Assembly: GCA_028871675.1 (NCBI GenBank)
Contig: JAGWMO010000003.1
Coordinates: 13,342 to 77,341, forward strand
From: Betaproteobacteria bacterium
GTDB taxonomy: Bacteria > Pseudomonadota > Gammaproteobacteria > Burkholderiales > Burkholderiaceae_C
Length of the DNA stretch: 64,000 nt
Reading direction: 5' to 3'
Part shown: in pieces, positions 18,671 to 27,979 of the stretch
Position numbering within the stretch: the stretch's first letter is position 1
Layout: the number at the start of each line of letters is the position of its first letter
The notes under the pieces: generated by a model
The model's input: the letters and a program-made list of their open reading frames with translations, nothing else
What the model was told of the DNA's origin: nothing
Databases searched by the model: none
Position numbers and translations under genes: made by a program

Positions 18671-19068
18671 GAAGACATCCTCTCAAGGTGATGGAGCGCA
18701 ACTCGCGAGTTCCCTGGATCCCATCGGGGGATGTGCAGCGGAAGTCTCGGTCGGTCGCAACAGCGCGTTATTGTGCAATGGTGATCTGACGTGCGCCGCG
18801 CCACGCGCTCGATGCCAAGTCAAGCCCAGGCGCCGTGATGGCTTGACGCACATCAAGAGATTTGTGGCGGCGCAGCATTACAAATGGTGCGGAACCGTTT
18901 TAGGAGATGGGCATGAAATCAAACACGCAACCCCGTCCGGCCCCACATGGTGAGACGCACAAAGTGATCAGCCGTGCAACGCGAGGGCGCAAGCCCATCG
19001 GGTCCAAGCCGGCACCGGATCGGGTTGAAACCGGTCGCATGCAACCGATGCAGGAGCCGGGGCACCCG

Positions 19069-19287
19069 CACCGGCACTTCCGTTGGGCCACGCAGGCGCA
19101 CGACGCGGTGTTCCTCGCCCCGGAACAATGGCTGGAACAGGCTTCGCCCGAGCTGGGTTCATGGTGGCAGCGCTGGCATGCCAGGCTGGTGGCGCATGGC
19201 AGTGGCTTGGCGCCAGCCCCGCGCCTGGGCATGCCCGATCGGCCGCCGCTGATGGAAGCGCCCGGGAGTTATGTGCTCGAGCGCTGA
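19069..19287 (+). pseudogene. C-terminal fragment (~70 codons) homologous to class I PHA synthase PhaC
   Basis: The end of ORF 18907..19287 reads APEQWLEQASPELGSWWQRWHARLVAHGSGLAPAPRLGMPDRPPLMEAPGSYVLER. It parallels the Cupriavidus PhaC C-terminus (..PQQWL....HHGSWWPDWTAWL...APANYG......EPAPGRYV). No lipase box or rest of the enzyme lies upstream. Confidence 0.55.
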
Positions 19288-19321
19288 ATCCGGCCGACCC
19301 GCCAGTCACACCGAGAACCTC

Positions 19322-20767
19322 ATGACCGAACTGATCGAAAACCACCCGCTGGCCGAACTCAAAGTCGGTGACAGCGCGAGCCTGACGCGCAACTTCACCA
19401 TGGACGACGTGCAGACCTTCGCATTGATGTCGGGTGACGTGAATCCTTCGCATGTCGACGCCGCCTTCGCCGCCGGCGATCCCTTCCACAACGTGGTGGC
19501 GCACGGCATGTGGAGCGCGGCGCTCATCTCCAACCTGCTGGGCACGCAGCTACCGGGGCCGGGCACGGTCTACCTCGGCCAGAACCTGCAATTCCTCAAG
19601 CCCGTTGTCCTGGGCGACACGGTGCGCGTCAGCGTGACCGTGGCCGCCATCGACACGCCCAGCGGCCACAGCCCGCGCGCCACCCTGCATTGCAGCGTGG
19701 TCAACCAGCGCAACGACACCGTGGTGCAAGGCGACGCCCAGGTGCTGGTGCCGACTGAAAAGATCAGCCGTCCGCGGGTGCATTTGCCACGGCTGGAATT
19801 GCGCGACCCCGGCGTGAAGCTGCACGCGCTGGTCGCGCAGGCCCAGGCCATCGCCAGCGGCCACGCACCGCTGGCGATGGCGGTTGTGCATGCGGTCGAT
19901 GCTGTGTCGCTGGGCGGCGCGGTAGATGCGGCGCAGGCCGGGCTCATCGCCCCGGTGTTCGTCGGCCCCGAGGCGAAGATCCGCGCTGCCGCCGTCGCCG
20001 CCGGCATCGACCTCGGCACCTATCCCATCGTGGCCACCGAACACAGCCACGCGGCGGCGACGAAGGCTGTGGCGATGGCGCGCGCTGGCGAGGTGCAAGC
20101 CTTGATGAAAGGCTCGCTGCACTCCGACGAGTTGATGCACGCTGTGGTGGACGCCGGGAATGGCCTGCGCACGGCGCGGCGCATCAGCCATGTGTTCGTG
20201 ATCGACGCCGTGGGCCAGCCGCGTCTGCAACTGTTGACCGACGCGGCGGTGAACGTGACGCCCGACCTGGAGGCCAAGCGCGGCATCGTGCAAAACGCCA
20301 TCGACCTGGCCCACGCCCTGGGCATCGCGCAACCCAAGGTCGCCATACTCTCGGCGGTGGAAACCGTGAACCCGAAGATCCCGTCCACCATCGACGCCGC
20401 AGCACTTTGCAAGATGGCCGAACGTGGCCAGATCCAGGGCGGTCTGCTCGACGGCCCGCTGGCCTTCGACAACGCCGTGTCCAGGCGCGCGGCCCAGACC
20501 AAGGGCATCGTCTCGGAAGTAGCCGGCGACGCCGACATCCTGGTCGCGCCCGACCTGGAAGCCGGCAACATGCTGGCCAAGCAACTCGAATACCTGGCCG
20601 AGGCCAAGGTCGCCGGCATCGTGCTGGGCACGCGCGTGCCGGTGGTGCTCACCAGCCGCGCCGACCTGCCCGAGGCACGCCTGGCGTCGTGCGCGCTGGC
20701 GGTGCTGCTGGCGCTGGCCGCAGAGCGGACAGTGGCCCCATCGCAAAACCCCCTGACCAGCGCATGA
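19322..20767 (+). CDS. fusion protein: MaoC-like (R)-hydratase hot-dog domain + phosphate acetyl/butyryl-transferase
   Basis: ORF 19271..20767, ATG at 19322. The N-terminus SGDVNPSHVD...HGMW is MaoC-like. The C-terminal ~320 aa are PTA_PTB-like (VATEHSHAAATKAV, DILVAPDLEAGNMLAK). Confidence 0.85.
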   Translation: MTELIENHPLAELKVGDSASLTRNFTMDDVQTFALMSGDVNPSHVDAAFAAGDPFHNVVAHGMWSAALISNLLGTQLPGPGTVYLGQNLQFLKPVVLGDTVRVSVTVAAIDTPSGHSPRATLHCSVVNQRNDTVVQGDAQVLVPTEKISRPRVHLPRLELRDPGVKLHALVAQAQAIASGHAPLAMAVVHAVDAVSLGGAVDAAQAGLIAPVFVGPEAKIRAAAVAAGIDLGTYPIVATEHSHAAATKAVAMARAGEVQALMKGSLHSDELMHAVVDAGNGLRTARRISHVFVIDAVGQPRLQLLTDAAVNVTPDLEAKRGIVQNAIDLAHALGIAQPKVAILSAVETVNPKIPSTIDAAALCKMAERGQIQGGLLDGPLAFDNAVSRRAAQTKGIVSEVAGDADILVAPDLEAGNMLAKQLEYLAEAKVAGIVLGTRVPVVLTSRADLPEARLASCALAVLLALAAERTVAPSQNPLTSA

Positions 20768-21963
20768 CATCCACCATCCTCTGCATCAACGCGGGCTCGT
20801 CCAGCCTGAAATTCGCGCTGTTCGACGCCACGGCTGCGCGCCGCCCATCGGGCCTGCCCGCGGCCCTGTTGCGTGGCGAGATCGACGCCCCTCAGGGCAA
20901 GCCCACCTTGAGCTATGTCCACGCCGGCCAGCCCGCCCGAAGCCTGGCGCCCGGGGCCGTGCGCGGCGACATCGGTGCCGAGACCGCGTGGCTCATGGCC
21001 TGGCTCGCCACCACTTGCGATACACCCCGACCCATCGCCGTGGCGCACCGCATCGTTCACGGCGGACTACATCACACCCAAGCCACACGCATCACACCCG
21101 GGGTGTTCAACGACTTGCAGGCACTCACCAGCCTCGCCCCGCTGCACCAGGGCCCGGGATTGGCCGGGGTACAAGCGGCGCAGGCTGCCTTGCCCAAAGC
21201 CGCGCAACTCGCCTGTTTCGACACCACCTTTCACGCCGGCCACACGGATGCCGAGCGGCGCTACGCCATTCCGCGCGACTGGCACGATCGCGGCTACCAG
21301 CGCTACGGCTTTCATGGGCTCTCGTTCGAGGCCATCAGCCGCCGCCTGCCGGCCGTGTTGGGCGAGCGCGCCCAGGCTGCGGTGCTGGTGGCGCATCTGG
21401 GCAGCGGCGCCAGCCTGTGCGGCCTGCGCGGCCTGCGAAGCGTCACCACCACCATGGGGTTCACCGCGCTCGACGGCTTGGTCATGGGCACGCGTTGCGG
21501 CGCGCTCGACCCCGGTCTGGTGCTGCAATGGGTACTGCACGACCGACTGAGCGCCGACGATGTGCAAAGCCTGCTCTACGAGCGCAGCGGCCTTCTCGGG
21601 GTCTCCGGGATCAGCGCCGATACGCGCGACCTGCTCGCCAGCAAGGACCCGCGCGCGAAGCAGGCGGTGGACCTGTTCGTCGCCAGCATCGTGCGGCAAA
21701 TCGGGGCAGTCTCCGCTGCACTCGGCGGTCTGGACGCGTTGGTGTTCACCGGCGGCATTGGCACGCACCAGGCCGGTATTCGTGCCGCCGTGGTGCAGCG
21801 CCTGGGCTGGCTGGGGCTGGACGTCGACTCGGCCGCCAACAGCTCGGGACATCTCAACATCGCCTCCAGCTCCAGCCGCATTCCCATCCTGACGCTGCCC
21901 ACCGACGAAGAGGCGGTGATGGCCACCCAAGCCGCTGCCCTGCTCGCGTCCGCCGGCGCTTGA
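20764..21963 (+). CDS. ackA: acetate (acyl) kinase
   Basis: ATG at 20764 overlaps the upstream stop (ATGA). Motifs ILCINAGSSSLKFALF, HRIVHGG, YGFHGLSFE and FTGGIG. Confidence 0.9.
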   Translation: MTSTILCINAGSSSLKFALFDATAARRPSGLPAALLRGEIDAPQGKPTLSYVHAGQPARSLAPGAVRGDIGAETAWLMAWLATTCDTPRPIAVAHRIVHGGLHHTQATRITPGVFNDLQALTSLAPLHQGPGLAGVQAAQAALPKAAQLACFDTTFHAGHTDAERRYAIPRDWHDRGYQRYGFHGLSFEAISRRLPAVLGERAQAAVLVAHLGSGASLCGLRGLRSVTTTMGFTALDGLVMGTRCGALDPGLVLQWVLHDRLSADDVQSLLYERSGLLGVSGISADTRDLLASKDPRAKQAVDLFVASIVRQIGAVSAALGGLDALVFTGGIGTHQAGIRAAVVQRLGWLGLDVDSAANSSGHLNIASSSSRIPILTLPTDEEAVMATQAAALLASAGA

Positions 21964-21967
21964 CACC

Positions 21968-23413
21968 ATGACCGACGCCCTGCCCCCGCTGCTGCTGCAG
22001 TTCGCCGCAACCGTGCTGCTGAGCTTCGTGCTGGGACTGGAGCTGCACAGCTACCGCAGGTCGCAGGACGAAGGCATCGGCTTTGGCACCACGCGCACGC
22101 TGACCCTGATCGGCGCCCTCGGCTTCGTCCTGTGGCTGCTCGACGGTGTTCCGGCCAGCGTCGGAGCACCGCAAATCCTTCAGCACCCTGCGAATGGTGC
22201 GTCGGCCGTAGCCGTCGCCTCGGCGTTGCTGGGCACGCGCGGGCTTTATCTGGCGGGGCTGGCGGCCCTCGCCGTCTGGCTGGCGGTGGATTTGTGGCCG
22301 CGCGTGGCGGGCTCGCCCGCCGACAACGGCGGCGCGTTGCTGCCGTCGCTCATCGCCCTGGTGGCTTACGCCCTGGGACCGCTGGTACTGACCCAGCCCG
22401 ACTGGTTCGTGGCTGCTGTGATGGTCGTGACCATTCTGATGCTGGGCGAAAAACCGCTCATCCGGCGCCTGTCCGACGCCTTCCCCAGCGCCGAGGGCGT
22501 GACCCTGGCGAAGTTTCTCATCATCGCCGGCCTGGTGCTGCCGCTGATGCCGGCCTCGCCGCTGCCAGGCCTGCCGACACTGAGTTACCAGAAGGTGTGG
22601 CTGGCGGTGGTGGCCATCTCGGGCCTGTCCTATCTCGGTTATGTCGCCCACCGCTACATCTGGCCCAGGGCTGGCACGTTGGTCACTGGCATCATCGGCG
22701 GGCTGTACTCCAGCACCGCGGTCACCATCGTGCTGGGCCGTGCATCGCGCACGGATGCGGGCATTGCGGCGCAGGCCCCGGCGGCCATCGTCGTCGCCAT
22801 CATGATGATGTACCTGCGCCTGCTGGTGCTGATCGTCCTGCTCGGCCACCTCGGTACGGCACGCGCCTTGCTGCTGCCGTTCGGCGCCATCGTGTCCGGC
22901 TCCGGCATGGTCGCCTATGGGCTGTGGCGGATCGGCAGCCGCAGCGGCTCGGCACCCGGCCGCGGTGCCCCGCAACGCGACACGCTGAAGCCCATGCCGG
23001 TTCGCCCCCAGACGGACTCATCCCCTTCGGCGAGCCCGGCGCAAAGCGGCAAGTCCACGGAGCTGAGCAACCCGCTTGCCCTGCCCATCGCGCTGCTGTT
23101 CGCGGCGCTGTTCATCGCCTTCGCCGCCATCACGCAATTCGTCACCACGCATGGCGGCGCCGCAACGCTCAAACTGCTGAGCCTGCTGGTGGGTTTCACC
23201 GACATCAATCCCTTCATCCTGTCGCTGGTGGCGACGCATGGCGTCGTTGCTCCGCAGTTGATCATCGGCGCCATCCTCGTGGCGTCGGTGGCCAACAACC
23301 TGGTGAATGCCAGCTACGCCCTGATTCTGGCGCGGCAGCGCCTGATGCTGCCCGTGGTCGGATGGTTCGCGCTCTGCCTGGCGGCAGTGCTGCTCTGGAC
23401 CGGATGGCTCTGA
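21968..23413 (+). CDS. polytopic membrane protein, MgtC/SapB-like N-terminus + DUF4010-like repeat
   Basis: 481 aa and very hydrophobic. The architecture recalls MgtC-family/DUF4010 proteins. Starts 4 nt after the ackA stop. Confidence 0.65.
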   Translation: MTDALPPLLLQFAATVLLSFVLGLELHSYRRSQDEGIGFGTTRTLTLIGALGFVLWLLDGVPASVGAPQILQHPANGASAVAVASALLGTRGLYLAGLAALAVWLAVDLWPRVAGSPADNGGALLPSLIALVAYALGPLVLTQPDWFVAAVMVVTILMLGEKPLIRRLSDAFPSAEGVTLAKFLIIAGLVLPLMPASPLPGLPTLSYQKVWLAVVAISGLSYLGYVAHRYIWPRAGTLVTGIIGGLYSSTAVTIVLGRASRTDAGIAAQAPAAIVVAIMMMYLRLLVLIVLLGHLGTARALLLPFGAIVSGSGMVAYGLWRIGSRSGSAPGRGAPQRDTLKPMPVRPQTDSSPSASPAQSGKSTELSNPLALPIALLFAALFIAFAAITQFVTTHGGAATLKLLSLLVGFTDINPFILSLVATHGVVAPQLIIGAILVASVANNLVNASYALILARQRLMLPVVGWFALCLAAVLLWTGWL

Positions 23414-23426
23414 CCTTGAACGCTCC

Positions 23427-25916
23427 ATGACATCCATCCCGACCCAGTCCGCCGGCACGCCACCCCCGCAACCCGTCGTGGCGCAGAACCTGCCGCCCAC
23501 GGATCCCGCCGGGGGTCTGCGCAGTGCCGATGCGGCGCAGCTCCTCCTCCGTTTCGGTCCCAATGCCATCGCCGACCACGTCGTGCCCGTGTGGCGGCAG
23601 CTGCTGGTCAAATTCTGGGCTCCGGTGCCGTGGATGCTCGAGGCCGTCATCGTGCTGCAGATCGTCCTCGGGCGCGGGCTCGAGGCGCTGGTCATCGCCG
23701 TGCTGCTGGTGTTCAACGCCGTGGTGGCGTTCGTGCAGGAACAGCGCGCCCAGGATGCGCTGGCGCTGCTGCGCAAGCAGTTGCATGTGCGCGCACGCGT
23801 GCTGCGCGACGGCCAGTGGAGCCGGATTCCAGCCGAACAGGTGGTGCCGGGCGACATCGTGCATATACGCGCCGGCGACATCGTGCCCGCCGATCTGCTG
23901 CTGCAAGATGGTGCGGTGGCGCTGGATCAGGCCGCGCTCACCGGCGAATCGCTACCCGTGGACGCGGGCGCCGGAAAACCCGCTTACACCGGTTCCATCG
24001 TGCGCCAGGGCGAGGCCACAGGGGCGGTCACAGCGACCGGCGCGCGCACGTTTTTCGGCCATACAGCCGAGCTGGTACGCAGCGCCAGCAGCCCCAGCCA
24101 CATGCAGCGCACCATCTTCGCCATCGTCAAGCGGCTGGTGGTGTTCGACGCCGTGCTGGTGGCGCTGGTCGTCGGCTTCGCGTTGTGGCATCAACTGCCG
24201 TTGCTCGACACCGCCGTGTTCGCGCTGATGCTGCTGGTGGCTTCGGTGCCGGTGGCTCTGCCCGCCACCTACACCCTGGCGACAGCCGTGAGCAGCCAGC
24301 TGCTGGCGCACCAAGGCGTGCTGGTCACGCGCCTGCCCGCCGTGGAAGAGGCCGCGGCGATGGACACCCTGGTCTGCGACAAAACCGGCACGCTGACACA
24401 AAACAGCCTGAGCTATGCCGGGGCGGTACCCCTCGTGAGAACACCCGAGGCCGACTCCAGCCGTCCCATGCCTCCAGAGGAGCCCGAGGCGAATGCGGCC
24501 GCTGCGGGTGTACTCGCTGCCAACGCCGACGACGACGCGCTGCTGCGCGCCGCCGCGCTGGCCAGCGACGACGCCACCCAAGACCCGCTCGACCTCGCCC
24601 TGCTCGCCCCAGCGCGGGAACGCAATCTGCTGGCGGATGCGCCGACGCGCAGCGCGTTTCATCCCTTTGATCCGAGCACGCGCCGCAGCGAGGGGGTGTA
24701 CCTCGTCGACGGCCAGCCGTGGCACGCGGTGAAGGGCGCCGCCACCGTCATCGGCCCGCTGTGCCGTCTCGACGTTCAGCAGCGGGCCGCACTCGACGCC
24801 GCGGAGCACCGGCTCGCCGCCAACGGCGCGCGCGTGCTGGCGATAGCCGCCGGCCCGGTGGACGCACTGCAACTGCTCGGCGTGGTGGGCTTGACCGACC
24901 CGCCGCGGCCCGACGCCGCCGCGCTCATCGCGCAAATCCGCGAACTGGGCGTGCGCGTGTGCATGGCCACCGGCGATGCTGAAGAAACCGCGCGCGCCAT
25001 CGGCGCGCAGCTCGGCATCGGCACGCGCGTGTGCCAGGCCGAGGGACTGCGGGGCGGCAACGTGGCGCAAAACCCCGAGAACTGCGACCTCTATGCCCGC
25101 GTCCTGCCGGAGGACAAGCACCACATCGTCGTTGCGCTGCAGAAGGCCGGACATGTCACCGGCATGACCGGTGACGGCGTGAACGACGCTCCCGCGCTTC
25201 GTCAGGCCGAAATGGGCATTGCCGTGGCCAGCGCCACCGATGTGGCCAAGGCCGCCGCCGGCGTGGTGCTGACCGACCCTGGTCTGGGCGGTGTCTTGAC
25301 CGTGGTGCGGGCCGGACGCGAGGTGCACCGTCGCATGCTGACCTACACCTTGAACAAGACCCTCAAAGTGTTCGAGATCACCGTGTTCCTCACGCTGGGT
25401 TTGCTGCTCACCGGAGGGTTCCTGGTCTCGCCCCTGCTCATCGTGCTGATGCTGTTCGCCAACGACTTCGTCACCATGAGCATCGCCACCGACCGCGTGC
25501 GCCTGACGCCGACCCCGCAGCACTGGGACGTGCGCAGACTGGTTGCCGCCGCTGCCGGCTTCGCTTCGCTTTCGCTGGTGTTTTCAATCGCGTTTTACTT
25601 CATTGCCCGCAGCGCCTGGGGGCTGGATGGCCACCAAAGCCAGACCCTGGCCTTCCTCATCCTGGTGTTCACCAATCAGGCCGGCATCTATGCCCTGCGC
25701 ACCAACACCCCGCTGTGGAGCCTTGCCCCATCGCGCTGGATGGCCATGGCCAGCATCGGTGATCTGACCATCGTCAGCCTGCTCGCCGGTCTGGGCGTGC
25801 TGATGGCGCCCTTGCCATGGAGCTTGATCGTCCCGCTGCTGGCCTCCAGCGTGGTCTTTTCCGTCGTGCTGGACGCCGCCAAACGTCCGCTGTTCAAACA
25901 CTTCGCCATCGCCTGA
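23427..25916 (+). CDS. P-type ATPase, P3A (plasma-membrane H+-ATPase-like) subtype
   Basis: CDKTGTLT phosphorylation site and MTGDGVNDAPALRQAEMGIAV hinge. N-terminal FWAPVPWMLEAVIVLQIVLG. The TM6 motif LFANDFVTMSIATDRV matches the H+-ATPase hallmark ILNDGTIMTISKDRV. Confidence 0.88.
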   Translation: MTSIPTQSAGTPPPQPVVAQNLPPTDPAGGLRSADAAQLLLRFGPNAIADHVVPVWRQLLVKFWAPVPWMLEAVIVLQIVLGRGLEALVIAVLLVFNAVVAFVQEQRAQDALALLRKQLHVRARVLRDGQWSRIPAEQVVPGDIVHIRAGDIVPADLLLQDGAVALDQAALTGESLPVDAGAGKPAYTGSIVRQGEATGAVTATGARTFFGHTAELVRSASSPSHMQRTIFAIVKRLVVFDAVLVALVVGFALWHQLPLLDTAVFALMLLVASVPVALPATYTLATAVSSQLLAHQGVLVTRLPAVEEAAAMDTLVCDKTGTLTQNSLSYAGAVPLVRTPEADSSRPMPPEEPEANAAAAGVLAANADDDALLRAAALASDDATQDPLDLALLAPARERNLLADAPTRSAFHPFDPSTRRSEGVYLVDGQPWHAVKGAATVIGPLCRLDVQQRAALDAAEHRLAANGARVLAIAAGPVDALQLLGVVGLTDPPRPDAAALIAQIRELGVRVCMATGDAEETARAIGAQLGIGTRVCQAEGLRGGNVAQNPENCDLYARVLPEDKHHIVVALQKAGHVTGMTGDGVNDAPALRQAEMGIAVASATDVAKAAAGVVLTDPGLGGVLTVVRAGREVHRRMLTYTLNKTLKVFEITVFLTLGLLLTGGFLVSPLLIVLMLFANDFVTMSIATDRVRLTPTPQHWDVRRLVAAAAGFASLSLVFSIAFYFIARSAWGLDGHQSQTLAFLILVFTNQAGIYALRTNTPLWSLAPSRWMAMASIGDLTIVSLLAGLGVLMAPLPWSLIVPLLASSVVFSVVLDAAKRPLFKHFAIA

Positions 25917-25929
25917 AAGGATGATCCGC

Positions 25930-27048
25930 ATGTCCACCCCCAGCACCACGGCACCTGTGCCCAACATCAATGCCCCGCTTTTCTGGCCCATGCAACTCGC
26001 CGCCAGCCTGGCCGGGCAAGGCCTGGAGCTGGCCGCACGCAACGTGAAATTTCTCGGCAAGGAGGTCCGGCTGCATGGCGGCATCAAGCCCAAGCTCGCC
26101 ACCGCGCACACGCAGCGGCTGAAGCTGCGCACGCTGGATCTGTGCGACTACTCCGCACCCGCCGCGAACGGCATTCCCACCCTGGTCAACGCCCCTTATG
26201 CCGGGCACAGCTCGATGATCGCCGACTACCACGAGGGCCAAAGCCTGATGCAGACCCTCAAGGCCAGCGGCGTCCGGCACTTGTTTCTCACCGACTGGCA
26301 TTGCGCCACGCTGGACATGAAGGACCTCGAAGTCGATCAGTACCTCGCCGAACTTCTCGCCTGCGTGGATGACCTCGGTGGACGGGTCAACGTCGTCGGC
26401 CTGTGCCAGGGCGGCTGGATGGGTGCGATGCTGGCGGCGCGCTATCCCGACAAGGTCGCCAGCCTGGTGCTGGCCGGCTCGCCCATCGACACCCATGCCG
26501 GCAAAGGCCCGCTGGTGAAGATGGTGAAAGAAAGCCCAATGGGCTTTTACGCCGATCTGGTGGCCAGCGGCAGTGGGCTGATGCTGGGCAAGACCATGCT
26601 CGTTGGCTGGAAGAACATGCACCCCGAACAGCACTATGTGCAGGAGCACATCGACCTGTACGAGCACATCGACGACCCGGCGTGGCTGTCCAAGACCGAG
26701 GCTTTCGAGCGCTGGTACGAAAACCCGCTCGACCTGCCGGGCCGTTGGTACCTGCAGGTTGTCGATCAACTGTTCAAACAGAACCTGTTGGCCAGAAACA
26801 GGTACGTCGCGCTGGGGCGCACGCTCAACCTCAAGGACATCACCTGCCCGTTGTATCTGCTGGCGGGTGAAGACGACGACATCACCACGTATGAACAGGT
26901 GTTCGCTGCCGAAACCTTGTGCGGTACGCCCGCAAGCCGGATCGACAAGCGCACGGTGCCGGGCGGGCATGTTGGCTTGTTCATGGGTGCGCGCACGCTG
27001 AAGGAGGTTTGGCCGAAAATCGCCGCCTGGATTTGCGAACGCCGCTGA
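25930..27048 (+). CDS. short (372 aa) PhaC-like alpha/beta hydrolase, class III/IV PHA-synthase-like (alternative start 25921)
   Basis: Lipase-box-like GLCQGGW with Cys in place of Ser, and a C-terminal PGGHVGLFMG His motif. The size is like class III PhaC. No phaE/phaR partner is seen. Confidence 0.6.
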   Translation: MSTPSTTAPVPNINAPLFWPMQLAASLAGQGLELAARNVKFLGKEVRLHGGIKPKLATAHTQRLKLRTLDLCDYSAPAANGIPTLVNAPYAGHSSMIADYHEGQSLMQTLKASGVRHLFLTDWHCATLDMKDLEVDQYLAELLACVDDLGGRVNVVGLCQGGWMGAMLAARYPDKVASLVLAGSPIDTHAGKGPLVKMVKESPMGFYADLVASGSGLMLGKTMLVGWKNMHPEQHYVQEHIDLYEHIDDPAWLSKTEAFERWYENPLDLPGRWYLQVVDQLFKQNLLARNRYVALGRTLNLKDITCPLYLLAGEDDDITTYEQVFAAETLCGTPASRIDKRTVPGGHVGLFMGARTLKEVWPKIAAWICERR

Positions 27049-27070
27049 ACTTGCCGACTCCCCTGTGCGC

Positions 27071-27796
27071 TCAGGCGAGGTATTGCCCGCCATTGATCGA
27101 CAGGGTCGAGCCGGTGATGAAACCGGATTGCTCATGCGCCAGGAAGGCCACGGCATGGGCGATTTCTTCGGGCTGTGCCAGGCGCCCGAGTGGAATCTGC
27201 GCCACGATGCTTCGCAGCACCTCGGTCGCGACGGCAGCAACCATGTCGGTCGCCGTGTAGCCCGGCGCTACCGTGTTGACGGTAATGCCCTTGCGCGCGG
27301 ACTCCAGCGCCAGCGCCTTGCTGAAGCCGATGACGCCGGCCTTGGCGGCCGCATAGTTGGTCTGGCCGAACTGGCCCTTCTGGCCGTTGATCGAGGTGAT
27401 GTTGATGATGCGGCCCCAGCCCCGCCCGCGCATGCCGGCAATCACCGCGCGGCTCATGTTGAAGCAGGCGTCGAGGTCGGCGTCGATCACCGCGCGCCAT
27501 TGCGCAGGGGTCATGTTGTGGAGGCTGGCATCGCGCGTGATGCCGGCGTTGTTGACCAGGATGTCGACACCCTGGGCAAAATCCGTCTCCACCTGTTGCA
27601 CGCCGGCGGCGCAGGCGTCGGGGTCGCTGGCGTCCCACGGATACGCCGCGATGGCCGTGGCATCCCTGAACGCCCTGGCTGCCACCTCATTGCCACGGTA
27701 GGTGACGACAATGCGGCAACCGTCTTGCTGCAAGCGCCGCGCAATGGCCGCGCCGATGCCGCGCGTGCCGCCGGTAATCAGAGCCAGTCGTGTCAT
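27071..27796 (-). CDS. phaB: acetoacetyl-CoA reductase (SDR family)
   Basis: LITGGTRGIGAAIA, NNAGIT and YAAAKAG (YxxxK). 241 aa, typical of PhaB. Adjacent to the phasin. Confidence 0.85.
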   Translation of the reverse strand: MTRLALITGGTRGIGAAIARRLQQDGCRIVVTYRGNEVAARAFRDATAIAAYPWDASDPDACAAGVQQVETDFAQGVDILVNNAGITRDASLHNMTPAQWRAVIDADLDACFNMSRAVIAGMRGRGWGRIINITSINGQKGQFGQTNYAAAKAGVIGFSKALALESARKGITVNTVAPGYTATDMVAAVATEVLRSIVAQIPLGRLAQPEEIAHAVAFLAHEQSGFITGSTLSINGGQYLA

Positions 27797-27979
27797 GCAG
27801 GTCTCCTGTGCCGCTGCAGGCCTCGTCGATCTTGGGGCTACGCCTGCTCCACCCGAATCCGCGCCGGCTGCAAGCCAAAACCATGCGCCGAGTCAGAGCC
27901 CCCGGCCCTGCAACCCATTCACCCCACCATGCATTTCAACGCGCAGATCGGAGGCTGAGTGGTGGGCTTGGCCACGTTT

